Assembly (NCBI GenBank): GCA_964515055.1
Contig: CAZEUG010000008.1
Span: 1,786-65,785 of the forward strand
Origin: an uncultured Oscillospiraceae bacterium
GTDB lineage: Bacteria > Bacillota > Clostridia > Oscillospirales > QAMX01
Length of the DNA stretch: 64,000 nt
Reading direction: 5' to 3'
Positions 36,780-46,963 of this stretch are shown here, in pieces (within the stretch, counting starts at the first letter, position 1; each line of letters begins with the position of its first letter). A model generated the notes under the pieces. It did not search any database and was not told the DNA's origin. It was given only the letters and a program-made list of their open reading frames with translations. The position numbers and the translations under genes were made by a program.

Positions 36780-37271
36780 ATGCAGCACGAGCATTCCATC
36801 ACGCCGGTTTTTGACGCGGCTTCCAGAATTCTGATTCTGGGGAGCTTTCCATCGGTTCGTTCACGGGCGACCTCGTTTTACTATGCGCATCCGCAAAACC
36901 GCTTCTGGCGCGTTTTGTCAACGCTGTATGACGAACCGGTGCCGGAATCAGTCGGGGAGAAGTGTGATTTTCTGCATCGACACCACCTGGCACTCTGGGA
37001 CGTCATCCGGAGCTGTACCATCGAAGGCTCTGACGATGCGAGTATCCGGAATGTCACCCCGAACGACCTGACACCGATTTTGCAGACGGCAGACCTCCGA
37101 CTGCTGATCACCAACGGAAGGACGGCCGGCAAACTGTACGACCGGCTGCTTTTGCCAAAGACACAGCGACCGGCTGTCTGTCTGCCGTCCACCAGCCCGG
37201 CGAATGCAGCCTGCTCTTTTGAACGCCTGATCGAGGCCTGGGCGATCATCCGTCAGGCAGATCTTCCTTGA
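36780..37271 (+). CDS. DNA-deoxyinosine glycosylase (UDG superfamily)
   Basis: LILGSFPS, YYAHPQNRFW, LWDVI and LPSTSPAN motifs. Confidence 0.88.
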   Translation: MQHEHSITPVFDAASRILILGSFPSVRSRATSFYYAHPQNRFWRVLSTLYDEPVPESVGEKCDFLHRHHLALWDVIRSCTIEGSDDASIRNVTPNDLTPILQTADLRLLITNGRTAGKLYDRLLLPKTQRPAVCLPSTSPANAACSFERLIEAWAIIRQADLP

Positions 37272-37336
37272 AATACAGAACGGAATGTGCTATAATACAA
37301 AAAATCAGGATATGAAGGGACAATGAGGCGAAACAC

Positions 37337-39145
37337 ATGAAACAATGGCAGACGCGGTTGAAGCATATGTTCAGCAGAGCGGGGCGCACAGAAGCTGCGG
37401 AGATGCATCGAAAACGCAATGGCATCCTGATGCTGGCCTTTCCGATTTTGCTGGTTCTGCTCGTCGAGATGAATCAGCTGCAAAGCGTGACACAGCTGGG
37501 ACAGTTTCTGACCGGGCATTTCGGCGTGTTTCTGTTTGATGTCTGCCTGGTCAGTGCGCTGTTTCTGGCGCTTCTGGTGCTGGTGCAAACGGCGTGGATT
37601 GCCGCGGCCGGAATCGGAACGATCTTCTTCCTGCTGTCCTGTGTGGAATTTTTCAAATTTGACGTCAGCGGCAGCCATTTTCAGCCGCAGGATCTGCTCC
37701 TGACCGGCGATCTGGCCAATGTGTCCGGCATGGCGCAGCTGCGCATGACGGCAGTTCTGGCGATCGACATTCTGGTGTTTACGGCCTGTCTTCTGATTCT
37801 CTTTCTGTCCGGCGCACGGCTTCGACTGCACTGGCCGCCCCGCGTGGGCGTGGCAGTCGGCTGCCTGGCCGCCGTCCTGATTACCGTGGTGACACCGGCC
37901 TCAGACGCGGTCTTCCGCCTGTTCGGCGTCGATCACCGCCCATCCATCAATACCTTTGAGGCGAATGCCAAATTCCGCTCGGATAACCTCATCGCCTTCT
38001 GGTGCAGCGAACTGAAACAGCTCGCCGCATCCCATCTGGATCCCCCGGAGCCGTATGACGAAGCTGCCGTTCTCTCTCTGTTGGCGGAGACGCCGGAAAC
38101 CACACAGCCGTCTGACCGCCCGAACGTACTGATTGTCATGAGCGAATCCTATGCCGACTTTCGTGCCGTGGATCCGACAGCCGCCGACGATCGCGACTAT
38201 GCGGCGTTTGACGCCTTTTGCGCCGACGGCCTTTCCGGCTATGCCGTGGTGCCGACCTTTGGCGGATACACCGGACGGAGCGAATTTGAACTCCTGACCG
38301 GCCTGCCGGTGGCGTCCCTTGCCGATCCCATCATTCCGCATGACGCCGTCACCCGGAAAACGGTCGAGGGCATTCCGGAGCTTTTCCGAAACCGCGGCTA
38401 TCAGACCATTTACCTCCACCCGTATCACAGCAACTTCTACGACCGGGAGAGCGTCTACCCCAAATTCGGACTCGATACGTTCCTGTTTGAAGACGATCTG
38501 GCCATCGGCAACCGCACCTTCCACCATCGCCCGGAGGATGCATTCTGCCTGGAAAAAACGATTGACCTCCTCCAACAGACAGAGGAACCGGTCTTTCTCT
38601 TCCTGACCACCATGCAGAACCACCAGCCGTATTATTATGAAGCGGAGCAGGGGGTCGATGAGCTCACTTACTATTTGCAGGGCATTGCTCACACGGATGA
38701 AGCACTCGCTGCATTCCGCCAGTCGCTGGACACACTCGACGAGGATACCATCGTCCTCTTCATCGGCGACCATTTCCCGTTCTTTGGCCTGCCTGACAAT
38801 TTCTACGACCGAACCGGTGTCGATGAAACGAACTGCGCCGCCTATTTCCGGCAACATTATTTCATCTATGCCAACTACGCGCTGGATGCGGAAACAGCCG
38901 CATGGAACGAAGTCTCGCTCTTTTACCTGCCCCACCTGCTGACCTCTCTCGCTCTGGGAGAGGACACACCGACCATCAGCCGGGCGATGCTGTCCTATGC
39001 CCGGCAGCAGCCGGTCTACACAACGGCCGACCCGGAGACGGACGTCTCCGATGATTCTTTCCTGGACACCCTGGCGTATGACCGGCTGATCGGTCAGGCC
39101 TGGTCGGCAGAACGCGAACTGATGATACACTCGAATTCAAAATAA
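37337..39145 (+). CDS. LTA synthase family (alkaline-phosphatase superfamily) membrane protein
   Basis: Five N-terminal TMs; PNVLIVMSES, GGYT..SEFE.LTG, TMQNH and IGDH motifs. Confidence 0.88.
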   Translation: MKQWQTRLKHMFSRAGRTEAAEMHRKRNGILMLAFPILLVLLVEMNQLQSVTQLGQFLTGHFGVFLFDVCLVSALFLALLVLVQTAWIAAAGIGTIFFLLSCVEFFKFDVSGSHFQPQDLLLTGDLANVSGMAQLRMTAVLAIDILVFTACLLILFLSGARLRLHWPPRVGVAVGCLAAVLITVVTPASDAVFRLFGVDHRPSINTFEANAKFRSDNLIAFWCSELKQLAASHLDPPEPYDEAAVLSLLAETPETTQPSDRPNVLIVMSESYADFRAVDPTAADDRDYAAFDAFCADGLSGYAVVPTFGGYTGRSEFELLTGLPVASLADPIIPHDAVTRKTVEGIPELFRNRGYQTIYLHPYHSNFYDRESVYPKFGLDTFLFEDDLAIGNRTFHHRPEDAFCLEKTIDLLQQTEEPVFLFLTTMQNHQPYYYEAEQGVDELTYYLQGIAHTDEALAAFRQSLDTLDEDTIVLFIGDHFPFFGLPDNFYDRTGVDETNCAAYFRQHYFIYANYALDAETAAWNEVSLFYLPHLLTSLALGEDTPTISRAMLSYARQQPVYTTADPETDVSDDSFLDTLAYDRLIGQAWSAERELMIHSNSK

Positions 39146-39153
39146 GAAAGCAG

Positions 39154-40572
39154 ATGAACAATCAACGCATGGAACGAACCGCACTTGAGAAAAAACAGAG
39201 AATTTTCAGCAACCGCAAAATCTTTGCGTTGCTGTGGCCGGTGCTGATTGAACAGACACTCGCCTCAACGGTCGGCATCGCCGACACAATCATGGTCAGC
39301 AGCGCGGGGGATGCCGCGGTCAGCGCGGTTGGCCTGATCGACACCATCAATAATATGTTCATTCAGATTTTTACGGCCATCGCCACCGGCGCGACCGTTC
39401 TGGTAGCCCAGCTTTCAGGACGCCGAGATGAGAAAGGTGTCCGGCAGACGGTAGGTCAGTCCACGGCACTGATGGGCTTGATGATGACACTGATCGGCAT
39501 CCTGGTGGTGGTCTTCCGCTCACCGATTTTCGACTTTCTCTATCCCAAGGTGGAGACGGCGGTTCGCACCAATGCCGTTTCCTATTTCGCTCTGACCGGC
39601 GCAAGCTATCCGTTTTTTGGCCTGATGACGATTCTGTCCGGCCTCTTTCGTGGCAGCGGCAATACCAGGCTGCCGATGCGGATGTCGCTGCTGGTCAATC
39701 TGATCAACATCTGCCTGAATGCGGTCTTTATTTTTGCCTGCGGGATGGGTGCCGCAGGTGCGGCGCTGGCCACACTGATTGCCCGCATCATCGGCGCAAT
39801 CCTGATGCTGCACTCAGCGGTGCAGCACTACGGCCGCACCTCCTTCACCTGGGCAAATATGCGCTTTACCGGCAATATCCTGAAGCCGGTTCTGAATATC
39901 AGCCTGCCCGCCGGTCTCGACCAGACCCTCTTTCAGGGCGGCCGACTGATCATCTCGATTTTTGTCGCCACTATGACCACGGCGGCCATGTCCGGCAATA
40001 CGATCGGCGGCTCCATGTTCGGCCTGATCTGCATTCCGGGCAGCGCATTCAATGTCGTTGCCACAACGGTGGCCGGCCAGTGCTATGGAGCAGGTGCGCG
40101 CCGGGAAGCGCGACTGGATATGCTGAAATGCGTGATCATGGCGATGGCCATGATGGCCGCTCTGAGCCTGATTCTGTACTGGATTGTCCCATACCTCGTT
40201 CTGGCCTACCATCCGAGTGCGGAAGCAAAACCGATTGCCGTCAGCATCGTCCGCCTCTATCTGTTCATGATTCCACTGTCCTGGCCGACCTCATTTGTCG
40301 CGGCGAGTGGTCTGCGCGCAGTGGATGATGTCCGCTTTACAACCATCGTCTCCATTCCGAGTATGTGGCTGGTTCGCGTACTTGGCGCATGGGTACTCGG
40401 TATCCGGCTCGGCATGGGACCGCTTGGGCTGAACCTGGCCATGGGGCTGGACTGGGTCGTGCGGAGCGCCTTCTATATCCCACGCATCTTCACACTGAAA
40501 CGCCTGAAAACAGACGAAATCCCCGCGCCCGTATCGCAGGAAGCGGAGCCGTCGGCGCTCCCAATCGGCTGA
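39154..40572 (+). CDS. MATE family efflux transporter
   Basis: DTIMVS..G..AVSAVG, RGSGNTR.PM and about 12 TM segments. Confidence 0.92.
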   Translation: MNNQRMERTALEKKQRIFSNRKIFALLWPVLIEQTLASTVGIADTIMVSSAGDAAVSAVGLIDTINNMFIQIFTAIATGATVLVAQLSGRRDEKGVRQTVGQSTALMGLMMTLIGILVVVFRSPIFDFLYPKVETAVRTNAVSYFALTGASYPFFGLMTILSGLFRGSGNTRLPMRMSLLVNLINICLNAVFIFACGMGAAGAALATLIARIIGAILMLHSAVQHYGRTSFTWANMRFTGNILKPVLNISLPAGLDQTLFQGGRLIISIFVATMTTAAMSGNTIGGSMFGLICIPGSAFNVVATTVAGQCYGAGARREARLDMLKCVIMAMAMMAALSLILYWIVPYLVLAYHPSAEAKPIAVSIVRLYLFMIPLSWPTSFVAASGLRAVDDVRFTTIVSIPSMWLVRVLGAWVLGIRLGMGPLGLNLAMGLDWVVRSAFYIPRIFTLKRLKTDEIPAPVSQEAEPSALPIG

Positions 40573-40618
40573 CGACAGTCCGTTCGAAAAAAAATCACAC
40601 GGATTACACCGAAAAACG

Positions 40619-40648
40619 GTATAAACGATGCACAAGCCGGCAATCCTC
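40619..40648 (+). promoter_or_regulatory. Putative sigma-F promoter of spoIIR
   Basis: GTATA-N15-GGCAATCCT resembles the sigF consensus; spoIIR is sigF-dependent in B. subtilis. Confidence 0.7.
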
Positions 40649-40676
40649 TGTCAGATGAAAGGGAGGCTTGCCCACT

Positions 40677-41327
40677 ATGAAAGCGCATCTCATTTTTCGC
40701 CGCCTGCACAACTCTGTATGGCTGCGGCTGGAAGTCGCTGCCACGCTGGCACTGCTGATTCTGACGGTTGGCCAAACCGTCTCGGCCGTGATTGGTCAGC
40801 GTGCCCTGTCCGAAAAACTGATTCGCCTGCACATCGTCGCACAGTCGGATTCCGAAGAAGACCAGACGCTCAAGCTGGCTGTCCGCGACCGGCTGACAAC
40901 GGAGTGGTTCGGCGCACAGCCGACCCTGCAAAATGCGGAGGAAGCGGCGGCCTACTTCGTCCAACACCTGGACGAGATTGCCGCGACCGCTGAAGCGGAG
41001 CTGCGTTCGCACGGCTGTGAGTTGCCGGTGCGCGTGACGCTGGAACAGGAAACGTTCCCGACCCGCCACTATGATGCATTTGCACTCCCGGCCGGTACCT
41101 ATACCTCACTCCGCGTGATCATTGGTGAGGGACAGGGGAAGAACTGGTGGTGCGTGATGTTTCCACCGCTCTGTACAGCTGATGCCATCCGCGTGCGCCA
41201 ATCGGCAGAGACCTGTTTTTCCAACGGCGAATGGCACCTGATGACGGCGCAGACGCCGGACGTCACCGTGAAGTTCAAGCTGCTGGAATGGTGGTCATAC
41301 CTGAAAAAGCAATGGCAAAAACGATGA
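40677..41327 (+). CDS. spoIIR: Stage II sporulation protein R
   Basis: LIRLHIVAQSDSEEDQTLKL.VRD, FPTRHY, LPAG.Y and GKNWWCVMFPPLC motifs. Confidence 0.95.
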   Translation: MKAHLIFRRLHNSVWLRLEVAATLALLILTVGQTVSAVIGQRALSEKLIRLHIVAQSDSEEDQTLKLAVRDRLTTEWFGAQPTLQNAEEAAAYFVQHLDEIAATAEAELRSHGCELPVRVTLEQETFPTRHYDAFALPAGTYTSLRVIIGEGQGKNWWCVMFPPLCTADAIRVRQSAETCFSNGEWHLMTAQTPDVTVKFKLLEWWSYLKKQWQKR

Positions 41328-41343
41328 AAAGGAACATACATCC

Positions 41344-42345
41344 ATGAAAAGAATCCGAAACCAGACCCGCCTGGCAGTCGGAGTGCTGCTTGTTCTGCTG
41401 CTGGCGACACTGTCGGCCTGCACCGTGCGAACCACCCCGTTGGACGCTGCAAACCTGACCGGAACCACGTCAGCCCCCGCGCATACAGACGGGACGGAGC
41501 CTGCAAGCGGGCTGCTTTTCTGGGAGGTGACCTCACCGGACGGGACGGAGACGATGTACCTGCTGGGTTCCATCCACGTGGCGGACGATTCCATTTATCC
41601 GATGCCGGAGGTCGTGATGGATGCCTATCAGTCGTCCGATCTGCTGGCGGTGGAAGCGGACATTCTGGCGTATGAACAGGATCAGAAGGCGATCAGCCGC
41701 CTCACCACGCGCTTCTTTTATATGGACGGCACCACCATTCGGGATCATTTGCCGGCTGACCTCTATGAACAGGCCAGAGCGCGCCTGACAGATGCCGGAC
41801 TGTACGCGGAAGCCTACGACTGGGTTCACCCGTTTCTGTGGAATTCTCTGCTCGATCAGATCGTGACGGATGCCTCCGGACTGGACGCGGAACACGGCGT
41901 CGACCGTCATTTTCTCGAACTGGCGCATCAGAGCGGAAAACAAATTTTTGAAGTGGAATCCGTCGAGGAACAGTACAGCATTTTTCTCAGCTTCTCGGAC
42001 GAAATCTGGACGGCGCTGATCGCCGAAATGCTGGAAACCGAGCCGGAAGCGCAGATTGCTGACCTGCGGGATATGTACGACCTCTGGAAAAGCGGGGACG
42101 TGGACGCGTTTACCGCCTATTGCGAAACCGATCTGGATGGCCTGTCGGAGGAGGAGCGTGCCCTGTATGAAACCTACAACGACGCCATCCTGACCCGGAG
42201 AAATCTCGGCATGACGCAGACGGCGCTCGATCTGCTGCAGAGCGGGGAAACCTGCTTCCTGGTCGTCGGCGCTGCACACATGGTGGGGGAGACCGGCCTG
42301 GTCGAATCCCTGCAGCAGTCCGGTTACATGGTTGAGCAGCGCTGA
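41344..42345 (+). CDS. TraB/GumN (TIKI-like) family lipoprotein
   Basis: Lipobox LSAC; YLLGSIH, GVD, E..EEQ, RN..M and VVGAAHMVG motifs. Confidence 0.88.
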   Translation: MKRIRNQTRLAVGVLLVLLLATLSACTVRTTPLDAANLTGTTSAPAHTDGTEPASGLLFWEVTSPDGTETMYLLGSIHVADDSIYPMPEVVMDAYQSSDLLAVEADILAYEQDQKAISRLTTRFFYMDGTTIRDHLPADLYEQARARLTDAGLYAEAYDWVHPFLWNSLLDQIVTDASGLDAEHGVDRHFLELAHQSGKQIFEVESVEEQYSIFLSFSDEIWTALIAEMLETEPEAQIADLRDMYDLWKSGDVDAFTAYCETDLDGLSEEERALYETYNDAILTRRNLGMTQTALDLLQSGETCFLVVGAAHMVGETGLVESLQQSGYMVEQR

Positions 42346-42568
42346 TTGCACCATACCGGAATTTTGCCTGACCACACCCGAAAAATTTCAGAAAGATGGG
42401 GTGTGCAGTTGTTTTTTGAGCCGGAGTATGGTAAAATAAAGAAAGAAACCGATCGGCTTCCAGACGAAATCTGCGGTGCAATTTCGTCCAAACGCAAAGA
42501 GCCGGGCTCTGTACAAATGCGAGGTGTTTGACATGAAAAAGCTCCGCTTTTCCAAAACCGGAGGACGG

Positions 42569-43984
42569 ATGAAAACGCTATGGCAGAGATTGACGCTTCT
42601 GCTCCTTTGTATGGCCGGGCTGTCGGCCTGCTCTGCGATAGAGCCTGTCGGAGAATCGGCCCAGACCTCTTCGGACGCATCTACACCCGCTGCCAGGCAG
42701 ACAACGGCGTCACCGGAAACGGACGCTCCGATCGCGAAGCTCGACTGGAACCAGTACCGGATTACATACGACCCGACCGAATGGCAGGCCGGACAATTCC
42801 CGCAAACGCTGTTTTTGCAATACGCCACGCAGATGATGTCGGTCATGCAAAAACGCCTCGGAACGGCACCGTCCGGCTTCTCGGCCTCCGCCCGGTCAGA
42901 TTCTGCAACGACTCCGGAAATCCGCTTCGCATATGACGGAACGCTGTCGGAACACGAATACCGCGTGGAAGTCCGCGGCACCGTTCAGCCGGATATTCTC
43001 CTTTTCGCCAGCACGGAAAAGGGTATTTTTGGCGCAGTTGCCTATTTCTTTGAAGATTGCCTCCCGTGGGATGGCAGCTTCCCGGCGGAAACCTCCATGG
43101 CCGCCGAGCTGCTCCTGATGAGCGATGCCTGTGTGCTGCTGCACGACGGAACCTACTATCTCCCGATGCGCTGGGAAGCCGGTTATGCCGGGTATCAGGG
43201 CGACGAACGCGGCTATGTGATGTACAAAAGCACCGACCTCTATCACTGGAGCGAACCGAAACTGGTCTTCGATGCGAACACCTGCACAGACCCTGCCTTT
43301 GACGGAATCTGTGACTTCTGGGCACCGGAGCTGCACGAATATCAGGGAAAATTCTATCTCTTTGCAACCTACCGTTCAGCCGCAACCGATCACCGCGGCG
43401 CGGCCATTTTCCGCGCTGATACGCCAGACGGAACGTATGAGCTGATCACCGACGGACACCTTCAGCCGGAGGGCTGGGACGCGATTGACGCGACACTCTA
43501 CGTTGACCCGGACGGCAATCCCTGGATGATCTTTGTCCACGAATGGACGAGCATGGAGGACGGCATCGGCGACATCACGGCGGTGCGCCTGTCGGAAGAT
43601 TTGACGCAAACCGTCGGTGAGTTTTATCCGCTCTTCAAGGCCAATGCTTCACCCAACTATCCGAATAACACCGTGACGGACGGCCCCTGGCTCTACGAAA
43701 TGATGGATGGCAAGCTGGCGATGCTCTGGTCCGGCTGGGGCGATGGCTATTTCACCTGCGTTGCCTACTCGAAAAACGGGATTCTCGGCCCGTGGGAACA
43801 GGCTGATGAACCGCTCTTTGCCAGAGAAAACGGCATCCCGGAAAGCGTGTACGGAAGCGGCCACGCCATGCTGTTCCATGATCAAAACGGCGATCTCCGC
43901 ATGAGTCTGCACGCGGTCTATTCGTCCTGTACCCCTTTCTTCCTGCATATTGACTCTTCAGACGGTGTGCTGAAACTGAAATAA
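42569..43984 (+). CDS. GH43 glycoside hydrolase lipoprotein, paralog 1
   Basis: Lipobox LSAC; SDAC, FWAPE, IDATL, VHEW, VTDGP and GHAMLF motifs. Alternative start at 42533. Confidence 0.85.
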   Translation: MKTLWQRLTLLLLCMAGLSACSAIEPVGESAQTSSDASTPAARQTTASPETDAPIAKLDWNQYRITYDPTEWQAGQFPQTLFLQYATQMMSVMQKRLGTAPSGFSASARSDSATTPEIRFAYDGTLSEHEYRVEVRGTVQPDILLFASTEKGIFGAVAYFFEDCLPWDGSFPAETSMAAELLLMSDACVLLHDGTYYLPMRWEAGYAGYQGDERGYVMYKSTDLYHWSEPKLVFDANTCTDPAFDGICDFWAPELHEYQGKFYLFATYRSAATDHRGAAIFRADTPDGTYELITDGHLQPEGWDAIDATLYVDPDGNPWMIFVHEWTSMEDGIGDITAVRLSEDLTQTVGEFYPLFKANASPNYPNNTVTDGPWLYEMMDGKLAMLWSGWGDGYFTCVAYSKNGILGPWEQADEPLFARENGIPESVYGSGHAMLFHDQNGDLRMSLHAVYSSCTPFFLHIDSSDGVLKLK

Positions 43985-44023
43985 ATCCGGATGCATCCGG
44001 AGACAGAGTATGGAGGAACTGCT

Positions 44024-45436
44024 ATGAATCGAAAACGCAACAGCCGCTCACGGATACTCGTGCTGCTTCTGACAGTCCTGATGATTTTCCTGTCGGCCTG
44101 CGAAACATCGAGTTCATCAAAAGGAAGCGATCCCCAGCCAACTGGGACAGTTGCTTCAGAACAGACGGAATCGACATCCGTCTCCACCGAAGCACCCTCT
44201 TTGACGGGCACCTGGTCGGATTATAAAATCACCTTTACGCCGGACGAATGGCCGACGGAGAAAAGCAGACTGAGCTCCAAACGGTTTACGAACATCGCCG
44301 TCAAGCTGATTCAGCTGATGAAGGACCGGTTCGATTCGGCCCCGCTGCAATTCGGCATTTTCGATGCGGATGCGGAAAACAGAATTCCGCGGATTCATCT
44401 GGCATATGACGCATCTCTGACGGAACGGGAATATCGGGTGGTCGTGACGGAAGATTCGATTCCGGATATCCTCCTGTCCGCCGGTTCGCTCAATGGCCTG
44501 TTCGGCGCGATCTCGTACCTCTGTGAGGAATGTCTCCCCTGGGACGGCAGCCTGCCGGAACCGTGCAGCTTTTCCTCCTCCGTGGTCTATTGGGCAGACC
44601 CCTGCGTGATGCTCTATGACGGCGTGTACTATATGCCGCAGGGAACCGGCAGCGGGTATTCCGTCGCAAAAAGCACCGATCTGTATACCTGGTCTGAACA
44701 GAAAATCGTCTTCGATGCGAGCACCTGCACCAACCCCGCTTTTGATGGAATCGGTGACTACTGGGCACCGGAGCTCCATGAATATCAGGGCAAATTCTAT
44801 ATCTTTGCAACCTACCGATCTGCCGCAACCGATCACCGCGGCGCGGCCATCTTCCGCTCGGATACGCCGGACGGAACGTATGAGCTGATCTCTGACGGAC
44901 ACCTCCAGCCGGAGGGCTGGGATTCAATTGACCCGACGCTGTATGTCGACCCGGACGGCAACCCGTGGATGGTCTTTGTCCACGAATGGACGAGTATGCC
45001 GGATGGCATCGGTGATATGACAGCGGTGCGCCTGTCGGAGGATCTGACCGAAACCGTCGGCGAGTTTTATCCGCTCTTCAAGGCCAGTGAATGCCCCGGC
45101 AACACCGTGACGGACGGCCCTTGGATCCACGAAATGATGGACGGCAAGCTGGCGATGGTCTGGTCCGGCACCAACAAGGGCTATACCACCTGTGTCGCCT
45201 ACTCGGAAAACGGGATTCTCGGCCCGTGGGAACAGGCAGATGAAATGCTCTTTGCCAACAATACCGATCGACCGCAAGGCTTCTTTGGCCACGGCGCCGG
45301 TCACGCCATGCTCTTCCGCGATCAAAATGGCGACCTCCGCATGAGTTTACACATCCTCTCCACCTCATCGTACAGCAACCGGATGCCGTTTTTCCTGCAC
45401 ATCGATGACTCGGACGGCGTGCTGCGCGTGAGATAA
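44024..45436 (+). CDS. GH43 glycoside hydrolase lipoprotein, paralog 2
   Basis: Lipobox LSAC; WADP, YWAPE, IDPTL, VTDGP and GHAMLF motifs. Confidence 0.87.
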   Translation: MNRKRNSRSRILVLLLTVLMIFLSACETSSSSKGSDPQPTGTVASEQTESTSVSTEAPSLTGTWSDYKITFTPDEWPTEKSRLSSKRFTNIAVKLIQLMKDRFDSAPLQFGIFDADAENRIPRIHLAYDASLTEREYRVVVTEDSIPDILLSAGSLNGLFGAISYLCEECLPWDGSLPEPCSFSSSVVYWADPCVMLYDGVYYMPQGTGSGYSVAKSTDLYTWSEQKIVFDASTCTNPAFDGIGDYWAPELHEYQGKFYIFATYRSAATDHRGAAIFRSDTPDGTYELISDGHLQPEGWDSIDPTLYVDPDGNPWMVFVHEWTSMPDGIGDMTAVRLSEDLTETVGEFYPLFKASECPGNTVTDGPWIHEMMDGKLAMVWSGTNKGYTTCVAYSENGILGPWEQADEMLFANNTDRPQGFFGHGAGHAMLFRDQNGDLRMSLHILSTSSYSNRMPFFLHIDDSDGVLRVR

Positions 45437-45503
45437 ATCGAACACCACTTCCCGCACCTTTCGGCAGAAGATCTGCCGGATTCCAACGAATGGAGGCAAA
45501 GGA

Positions 45504-46889
45504 ATGATCGGAACAACCAAACGCCTGCTGGCCTGTCTTCTGCTCCTGGCGCTTCTGCTGACTCTGCTGACGTCCTGCAAAACGGATGGCGGGAACCCGC
45601 AGGACTCTGTCCAATCCACAACCGATCCGGTGAATGATGAACAGCCGGAACAGACCGCCTTCACCTGGTCAGACTACCGAATTACCTACCAACCGGAGGA
45701 CTGGCCGGACGGTCAGATCACGACTGAACAGTTTGAACAGTTCGCAACCCAGCTGATGGCTACCATGCGGCAGCGCTTCGGCACAGCGCCGATGCAGTAT
45801 GGCGTGGCGTCCGTTCGTGCTGATGAGGATGCACCGCGCATTCATCTGGCATATGACCCCGCTATGGCGTCGGAGGATTATCAGGTGGTTGTCACCGCCG
45901 GAACCCGCCCGGATATTCTCCTGACGGTCAAAAACACATCCGGCCTGATCGGTGCCGTCAATGCCTTCTGCGAGGACTGGCTCCCGTGGGACGGCAGCCA
46001 GCCTGCGGAGCTGCGCTTCTATGCCCATACGCAGTCGCTTGCCAGCCCGAAGATGTTTTTATATGACGGCGTGTATTATCTGCCGCAGAGCACGGAAAAC
46101 GGATATGCAATCTCCAAGGGCGTAAATTTCTACAAAATGGAGGAACCGAAAACCGTTTTTGATGCGTCAGCCTGTACCCATCCGGATTTTGACGGAATGG
46201 GCAAATACGGCACGCCCAGTCTCCACGAATACCATGGGAAGTTTTACCTGCTGGCCTCCTATCAGTCTGAATCGACACTCGATCTCGGCGTCGCGGTCTT
46301 CCGGTCGGATACCCCGGACGGAACGTATGAGCTGATCAGCAAAGGCCAGCTGCAACCAACCGGATGGGACGCAGATGACCCGACGCTGTATGTCGATCCG
46401 ACCGGCCAGCCGTGGATGATCGTTGTCCACGAATGGTCCAGTATGTCGGACTGGATGGGGGACATCTCCGCCGTCCGCCTGTCGGAGGACTTGACGGAAA
46501 CCGTAGGCGAATTCCATACGCTCTTCCGGGCGAATGAATGCCCGGCCTACCCGACCAATCAGGTCACGGATGCGCCGTGCGTGGATACCCTGTCGGATGG
46601 AACGCTCGTCATGCTCTGGTCGGGTTCCAGCAGCGGCACCTTCACCGGCGTCGCGTATTCGACAGACGGCATCCTCGGCCCCTGGAAGCAGGCGGAAGAA
46701 CCGCTCTTTTCTGTGAATACCGCCTTCCCGGAAAACTTCTTCGGTCTCGGTGGTGGCTCGCCATCGCTGTTCCGTGACCAGAGTGGTCGCCTTCGCATGA
46801 GCTTGTCCATCCGGACGGGTGCGGGCGACGAAAGCATCTCTGTTTTTCTCCATATCGATGATTCTGACGGGATTCTGAAGCTCAGATAG
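45504..46889 (+). CDS. GH43-like lipoprotein, paralog 3 (catalytic motifs degenerate)
   Basis: Lipobox LTSC; colinear with paralogs 1-2 but carries LASP, YGTPS and GSPSLF in place of WADP, WAPE and GHAMLF. Confidence 0.8.
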   Translation: MIGTTKRLLACLLLLALLLTLLTSCKTDGGNPQDSVQSTTDPVNDEQPEQTAFTWSDYRITYQPEDWPDGQITTEQFEQFATQLMATMRQRFGTAPMQYGVASVRADEDAPRIHLAYDPAMASEDYQVVVTAGTRPDILLTVKNTSGLIGAVNAFCEDWLPWDGSQPAELRFYAHTQSLASPKMFLYDGVYYLPQSTENGYAISKGVNFYKMEEPKTVFDASACTHPDFDGMGKYGTPSLHEYHGKFYLLASYQSESTLDLGVAVFRSDTPDGTYELISKGQLQPTGWDADDPTLYVDPTGQPWMIVVHEWSSMSDWMGDISAVRLSEDLTETVGEFHTLFRANECPAYPTNQVTDAPCVDTLSDGTLVMLWSGSSSGTFTGVAYSTDGILGPWKQAEEPLFSVNTAFPENFFGLGGGSPSLFRDQSGRLRMSLSIRTGAGDESISVFLHIDDSDGILKLR

Positions 46890-46963
46890 CCCGTTTGATT
46901 CAATAAAGCCCCAAAATAAACAATTTACAGCGGAAGATCAATCCGCAGAAAGGTATGGTCATT

